A stretch of 64,000 bases of DNA from Planctomycetota bacterium (GTDB taxonomy: Bacteria > Planctomycetota > Brocadiia > JAADGH01): NCBI GenBank assembly GCA_040755855.1, contig JBFMAD010000002.1, positions 192,001-256,000 on the forward strand, in the 5' to 3' direction. Positions 58,457-64,000 of this stretch are shown piece after piece. The notes beneath the pieces are model-generated. The model saw only the letters and a list, made by a program, of their open reading frames with translations, ran no database searches and had not been told where the DNA came from. Position numbers and translations under genes: made by a program. Position 1 is the first letter of the stretch, and every line of letters begins with the position of its first letter.

Positions 58457-58621
58457 TCGCGATCTCCTTTGTCGGTGTCCTCGTTTCATTCTGCGAGACA
58501 GTGAAACGATGGTACCCTCCGGCGCTGGGAAAAGCAAGCGTCCATTGCTGCGGCGTGTTGTTCATGCGACGGGAACGGCGTTTGCGCATCCCTCCATTGG
58601 CTCGAAATGGGGGGCGGAAGC

Positions 58622-58680
58622 TGACGAAAAATGTCACATTCCGCTCCGGTCTTGGGCCGATGTGACGCAGATTGTCACAT
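58622..58680. promoter_or_regulatory. Two TGAC-N7-GTCA operator-like sites
   Basis: 58622-58636 and ATGTGAC-N7-GTCACAT at 58660-58680, centres 41 bp apart. Confidence 0.5.
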
Positions 58681-58743
58681 GGCGCGTCTCGATAAGACTT
58701 GGTCCGGCAAGAAGTTACGCGCTTGTTACAAAAAGGAGTGGTC

Positions 58744-60318
58744 ATGAGAAAGCTGTCGCGCCCCTTGCGATGGATGCTGGTCATCGTCCTGTTGGTGAGT
58801 CAGAACGCCATGGCCTGCGGCGTATGCATGGACGAGGATATCCGCACGTGGTTACCGTTTGTGGACAAGCTGATGATCCTGTGCCTCTTGTGGATCGTCG
58901 CGGTGGTTATCGTGAAGACCAGGCGACGGCAGAGCGAAGAGGGCATCCCGGATCGCGGGCGGGGCCGTCGGCAACTCTTCGGGACGGTCCTTGTCGGGGC
59001 TGTGGGGACATTCATAATCATGTATGTCTTGGCGGTCCAGCAACCGGAACCATACGTCCTGTTGATGATCTCGCCGATATACGAGGGAATGGCTTATGCC
59101 GGGATCAACCCCTTCTGGTCCCTGCCTGCATTTCTTGTGATCTGGAGTGTTGGAGTAGCCATAACGGCGCGACTCGATCCGGACGACCCATGTTCGTCCT
59201 GCCGAGCGGCTGCTTGGCGGGCCGCCCGCGATATGATAGTTGTCCTTCTGTTCCTCGGAGGCGTGGCGGCGGGGATCATCTACGTGCTTCAATGTCCCGC
59301 AAAGGGGCGCCCGATCGTTCTCGCCGAACTTGTTGTCCTGTGTGAACTGCTCCTTGCCTTGCTGTTGATCCGAAGACGATCCCATCGGCGCGAGGGGATT
59401 CCATGGCGCGTTGTCATCGGCGCCGCGCTTCTATCCACCATCGGGTTGAGTATTATGTGCTGCCTTGCCTACATGAGCGTTTTGACTCCAAGCCTTCTCA
59501 TCGGGATTGTGTGGGCAGTGTATGTGACCCGCAAGGTGATCGAAGCCGCCCGCCGCCGTCCCTGTCAGCAAGAAGCAAGGGCGTTGCTTCGCGTAAACGC
59601 CGCCTTTCTCGCACTTGCCATTCTCTGCGTGCCGGGGAGCTACGCCTATGCGCGCTCGGTGCGGGGCATGATCGGCAGGCTCGGCGCCTCCCGTTCCACC
59701 GACGACTATCTCCGCCGCGAGCTTATCGCCAGGGCCGAATCGTCAGTAAAGCCGATCATTGGCGTAACACGAAGGGCGATAAGGCGTTATGATGGCACGG
59801 AGGACAGTGAGTGGGCGCGTAGCCGCGCGCTCTCGTCCGCGTTCCACTGCCTGGGCGAGATCGGCGGGTCGGAGGCCGAGGCGTTCCTTGCCGCCGTGGT
59901 CCGGGGCGACGCGGGCCTTGCGAATGCCGGCAAGTTGCATGTCTATCCTGAAGCATGTATTGCATACGCAAAGTGCGCCGGGGGCCGGGCTGTTGCCGAC
60001 CTCATTGCGGCCTATCGCCGGACCGATGACGACGTCGCCCGCGCCGCGATCTTGGCCGCCTTGGTTCGGACCGCCGACAAGGACGCCATCCCGTACGTCC
60101 TGAGCCACATGGACGTCCTCCTGGAAAACGATGGCTACGGCTACGATCATGAGCGTGAGGTGCAACTGGCCCGCCGTGCAATTGTGTATGGGGCGGGGAT
60201 TGCGGACCTGAAAAATCCTGAGAACATCCAGCCTAAGGGCGGTCTGGGTTCGCCGGAGACCGCGTGGCGCGAGAGGAAGACCGAGATATGGGAGAAGTGG
60301 GAACGGGTATTTGAGTAA
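58744..60318 (+). CDS. Hypothetical multi-TM protein with C-terminal HEAT-like region
   Basis: AAGGAG RBS, several TM helices, ACGVC near the N-terminus. Confidence 0.75.
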   Translation: MRKLSRPLRWMLVIVLLVSQNAMACGVCMDEDIRTWLPFVDKLMILCLLWIVAVVIVKTRRRQSEEGIPDRGRGRRQLFGTVLVGAVGTFIIMYVLAVQQPEPYVLLMISPIYEGMAYAGINPFWSLPAFLVIWSVGVAITARLDPDDPCSSCRAAAWRAARDMIVVLLFLGGVAAGIIYVLQCPAKGRPIVLAELVVLCELLLALLLIRRRSHRREGIPWRVVIGAALLSTIGLSIMCCLAYMSVLTPSLLIGIVWAVYVTRKVIEAARRRPCQQEARALLRVNAAFLALAILCVPGSYAYARSVRGMIGRLGASRSTDDYLRRELIARAESSVKPIIGVTRRAIRRYDGTEDSEWARSRALSSAFHCLGEIGGSEAEAFLAAVVRGDAGLANAGKLHVYPEACIAYAKCAGGRAVADLIAAYRRTDDDVARAAILAALVRTADKDAIPYVLSHMDVLLENDGYGYDHEREVQLARRAIVYGAGIADLKNPENIQPKGGLGSPETAWRERKTEIWEKWERVFE

Positions 60319-60354
60319 TCCGATCGAAGAGCATTTTGAGAAGGGAGGTTGGCA

Positions 60355-61998
60355 ATGACAGACGAACCGCGCGGTGTTCAACCTGGGGTCGTTGCGGAAG
60401 TCGGCAAGGTCGCGCTCGGCTTCCTGAGCCGACACAACATCCTCTATCTGCTGAGCGCGATGCTGATGCTCCTCGGGTGTTACCTGATCTCCATGCCGTA
60501 CCTCTTTCGCTATCGCGAGATCGGCGGGCTGGTCGTCCTGCTGGGGATCATCAACGTGTATGAAGCCATGGTCATCCTGACCTGCTGCTTCATCATCCGC
60601 CGCGACGCGAGCCGGCCGGAGTGCGCCGTGCTCCTGCTTGTGGAACTGCTGTTCCTCTTCGACGCCACGTTCACGATCAACGCCTGCATGCCTGTTCACT
60701 TCAGTTGGGGTATAGCCATCGCCACCGCGAGCTTGGCGCTCGTGTTCCTCAAGCTGCTCGCTCTGGAGGCCGGCGCCGGGGCGCGCGTGTTCGCGGGTGC
60801 AAAGGCGTTCCTCCTGCTGACGGCTGCGTTTCTGTGCGCCTTCCAGTCGTTCCTTATGTGGCCGCAGGCCGGGCCGGCCGCACAGCAATGGCTGTCGTAC
60901 ATGGTCTGGGGCGTTTTCGGCGTATTGCCCCTGCTCCTCCTGCTGCTGAGGCTCGACCCGGACCGCGACACCGGGAGTTGCGCCATGCCGTGGTGGCGGA
61001 CCGGCGCCTTCCGGAGAACCGCCGTCTGCATCGCGCTGATCCTCGTCGCCATCCAGGTGACGGGACAAACATGGGTCCATCAGATGCCGTTCTGCGTCGA
61101 GTTCCTACTGCCGGCGGCGATCAGCATCGCCGTGATCCTCCCGGTGATGATTCCATCCATGAGCCAAACGACGCTCGACGCCGTGCGCGGCATCGCGCTG
61201 ACCATTGCGTTCGCTCTCGCCCTGATCGCCGGGAAAGAGGTTACGCATACGGTCTCTATCCTGGGACAAAAAGCCGTGCTTTCGCCCTTCCGCATCGCCG
61301 CGCTGTTCGGTGCTGCGGCCTTTCTGCTGATGTGGCGTCGCGAGCGGAGCCGGTTTCATCTCCACGGCCTCTCCATCCTCCTGGCCGTGGCGATAATGGG
61401 GTTCGACAACGATAGTATCTTCGCCTTCTTCCATCGTCCCGCGCTGGCCAAGGTCGGCGCGATCATGCCTGTCGCCGTGCTCTGGGTCCTGTTCACAAGG
61501 AGCTACGCCCACGCCCTGCTCGTGATGACCGCCATGCTCGGTCTGACGCTCAAGGCCATTGACCAGTGTCACGTGAACCTGACGCTTCGGCTCGAGATGC
61601 TTCGCTGGTGGCCCATCCTGGCTCTGGTCCTCATGTATGTTATGCGCAGGAACCGCACCCGATGGCAGACGATCCTGATCGCGCTGATCTTCTGCATCGG
61701 CCTCGCCGGGCGCGTCCCGGAGTTTGCCCTGCCGCACATCATCTACTACTGGTGCGGTTTGGCAGCCATCCTGCCGGCGGCGGTGTGGGTCAGGAGGTCG
61801 CACATCTACACGCTCCTGGCATACCTCGTCATGGCCGTGCCGGACTGCTACGCCCTGCCGATCCCGCGCGCGGCGGTCCACTGGGGCGGGGTGCTGATCG
61901 GGGCCGCGTTCGTGCTCTTTGCTCTCGGGTTTCTCCTCACCCGGCGGTCATTGCGCCCGTCCCCGCCGAACGTCCAGGACGGCAATAGCGTTCCATAG
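60355..61998 (+). CDS. Hypothetical polytopic membrane protein
   Basis: GGGAGG RBS, many TM helices, HNILYLLSA motif. Confidence 0.8.
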   Translation: MTDEPRGVQPGVVAEVGKVALGFLSRHNILYLLSAMLMLLGCYLISMPYLFRYREIGGLVVLLGIINVYEAMVILTCCFIIRRDASRPECAVLLLVELLFLFDATFTINACMPVHFSWGIAIATASLALVFLKLLALEAGAGARVFAGAKAFLLLTAAFLCAFQSFLMWPQAGPAAQQWLSYMVWGVFGVLPLLLLLLRLDPDRDTGSCAMPWWRTGAFRRTAVCIALILVAIQVTGQTWVHQMPFCVEFLLPAAISIAVILPVMIPSMSQTTLDAVRGIALTIAFALALIAGKEVTHTVSILGQKAVLSPFRIAALFGAAAFLLMWRRERSRFHLHGLSILLAVAIMGFDNDSIFAFFHRPALAKVGAIMPVAVLWVLFTRSYAHALLVMTAMLGLTLKAIDQCHVNLTLRLEMLRWWPILALVLMYVMRRNRTRWQTILIALIFCIGLAGRVPEFALPHIIYYWCGLAAILPAAVWVRRSHIYTLLAYLVMAVPDCYALPIPRAAVHWGGVLIGAAFVLFALGFLLTRRSLRPSPPNVQDGNSVP

Positions 61999-62230
61999 GT
62001 CCCGCCGCCGGAATGCGGTGGAATGCTCTTTGAATATATCAGGTCTGCTTAACACTAACTAACAACAAATGATAGGATACACGCGTTGACCATTTGCCGA
62101 AAATCTCAGGAGAATCGGGTAGGAATGTGGCGGGTCGTCATAATCAAAGACATAAACGCTGTATTATAAGCTCTTATGAAGGTCTGACCTTTCTGGCACC
62201 CATACATAACAACAGGAGGCGCAGCTTTGC

Positions 62231-63697
62231 TCATGCGACGACCGGCTCGATGTTGAACAGTCGGCAGAAGTGCACCAGCTCGTCCTTGTAGTCGCCGTAG
62301 AAGAAGACCTGGTGGAACCCCGGATAGGCCAGGACGTCCGTCACGCCGTCGAACCGGACCATGACCGAGACGACGCACCCGCCGGCCGGGGGGACGGAGA
62401 CATTCTCCAGCACCTCGCCCGCGGAGATGATCATCTTCGCCGGCTGGCCTTGCTTCGCGCTGGGGAGCACGTCCGCCGAGGTCACCCGCTGGCCGCGACG
62501 CCACAGCGTCCGCGGCACGGCGTCGCGATTGCCATGATGATGGCACAACTCGAACGGCTCCGGCGGCCGCGAGAAGCCGTTCAACCTCGTCGGGCAGGAG
62601 CAATGGGCCCCGATGATCGCCCCGCGCGCGGTCTCGGCCACCGGGTCCTGCTGGAAGCCAGGGCGGTCGAAGAGGTACTGCACGATGGCGTGCGTCGCCG
62701 CGGCCCCGAGGTCCGCCTCGCACGCCGCGGGGATGCCGTCGTCGTTCATCCGCGACCAGGCGATGCAGGGCAGGCTCACCTTCGTGCGGCCCAGCGCGCC
62801 CAGGCAGTCCATGGTGATCGCGTCGCCCTGCTCCTGCTCAAGGATCGTCCGCGCCACGATGTAGCTCTTGACGCCGTTGATCACATCGTCCCGGCTTGCG
62901 CCCGCCACCCTCCTGGCACGCCGCGTGTAGTCGTCGGCGATGGCGAGGACCTCTTCCGTGGCGGGGGTCTTCTGATATTCGTCCAAGAAGGTCTTCGCCG
63001 GCACATACCGGAGCTTCATGCCGAGATGGGGCATCTCGACATCGCGTCGCTCCGTTCCCTTGATGACGATGCAGCGCGTGGCGCGGAGCTTCGCCCCCGC
63101 GTGGAGCATCTTCATGCCGTACCTCACCTGGCTGAAGTCGTCGGTCGAGCAGATGAAGCATCCCGTCTTCTGGGACGGCTTTGCGGTATTGGTGGTAAAG
63201 GAACTGCCCACCGGCGAAAAGACGACGGTCGGTATGGCCGCGTCAATCGCCTTCTCCGCCGTCGGCCAGGCGTGCTGCTGCCGGTCGAGGAGGAGGACGA
63301 GCAAGCCGTTGGCCTTGGCCTCCTTGGCGGCCTGGAGCCATGCGTCGGCCTCTTGCGCGCTGTGGATCGGCTCGGGGCGCAGTTCGAGTTTGATCGGAAG
63401 CGCCTCCGCCTCGGCGGCGACGAGGGATGTGTATTTCCTCCGCGCCGCCTCGCCGTCATATACCGCCCCCGGCCAGGACATCCCATAGTCGCCCTTCCTG
63501 CGGACAAAGGCGGCGTGGACCGTCGGGACGCAGCGCGACGCCGGCCCCTCGGCCTGGACCTTGCGCACGATGGCATTGTTGACGGCCAGACAGCCGGTCA
63601 GCGCCGACGCGGAGACCGCGGAGGCGGCGGCGAGAAACTCCCTCCGACTGAAGCAACGACGCGACGGACATCCCCTGGTACGCTTTTTGTCGGACAT
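62231..63697 (-). CDS. Tat-exported L-fucose/L-arabinose isomerase-like protein
   Basis: SRREFL, TMDCLG, PCIAWS, ACEAD, GAHC, GFH..FFYGDY. Confidence 0.7.
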   Translation of the reverse strand: MSDKKRTRGCPSRRCFSRREFLAAASAVSASALTGCLAVNNAIVRKVQAEGPASRCVPTVHAAFVRRKGDYGMSWPGAVYDGEAARRKYTSLVAAEAEALPIKLELRPEPIHSAQEADAWLQAAKEAKANGLLVLLLDRQQHAWPTAEKAIDAAIPTVVFSPVGSSFTTNTAKPSQKTGCFICSTDDFSQVRYGMKMLHAGAKLRATRCIVIKGTERRDVEMPHLGMKLRYVPAKTFLDEYQKTPATEEVLAIADDYTRRARRVAGASRDDVINGVKSYIVARTILEQEQGDAITMDCLGALGRTKVSLPCIAWSRMNDDGIPAACEADLGAAATHAIVQYLFDRPGFQQDPVAETARGAIIGAHCSCPTRLNGFSRPPEPFELCHHHGNRDAVPRTLWRRGQRVTSADVLPSAKQGQPAKMIISAGEVLENVSVPPAGGCVVSVMVRFDGVTDVLAYPGFHQVFFYGDYKDELVHFCRLFNIEPVVA

Positions 63698-64000
63698 TCC
63701 TCTCCCCTTCCAATGCGCCACGTGACCGACGAAAGACTACATGCATAAAACGTGCGGAGTCAAGAAAAATACACCCCACGGCCCCACGGAAGAGTCCCCT
63801 ATCCATTTCGGAAACCAATCCATCCGGCGACGATCTCCATAGAGGTATGTCATGCAGGGGCAAGGGGCGCTACCCCCTTGCTATACTCTTCTCGCGGCAT
63901 CCTGGTTCACCTTTTCCTTATACCACTTCCTCGCCCTCTCTGATATACTATTTCCCCGGCCACTCCCCACGCACGGAGAGATGCGGCCCCTATGACCATG

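Noticed and set aside
63992..64000. Start of a plus-strand CDS (ATGACCATG)
   Set aside because: Only three codons fall in the window, so it cannot be supported.

Overview
High-GC bacterial chromosomal window. Gene content (PQQ-type beta-propeller/methyltransferase proteins, DUF1080, a sulfatase, HEAT proteins, many Gfo/Idh/MocA enzymes, a glycyl radical enzyme) suggests a Planctomycetota-like carbohydrate degrader; this taxonomy is inference. About 45 CDS are supported, mostly carbohydrate catabolism plus purC, ubiX and rtcB. No rRNA, canonical tRNA, CRISPR array, integrase, transposase or reverse transcriptase was seen. The best signals lie outside the ORF track. (1) A complete ribosome-dependent transcription attenuator (consensus promoter, 34-aa leader peptide, mutually exclusive antiterminator and terminator) precedes a 46-aa Zn-finger microprotein and the RNA ligase rtcB. 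(2) A small membrane protein has an in-frame UGA followed by a SECIS-like hairpin (candidate selenoprotein). (3) Many families of short tandem repeats and REP-like palindromes occur, nested as palindromes and also in frame inside genes. (4) A TPR protein has 12 near-identical 108-bp repeats with hypervariable positions. (5) A tRNA-like element has a defective anticodon loop. All product calls come from motif recognition by eye, with no database search.
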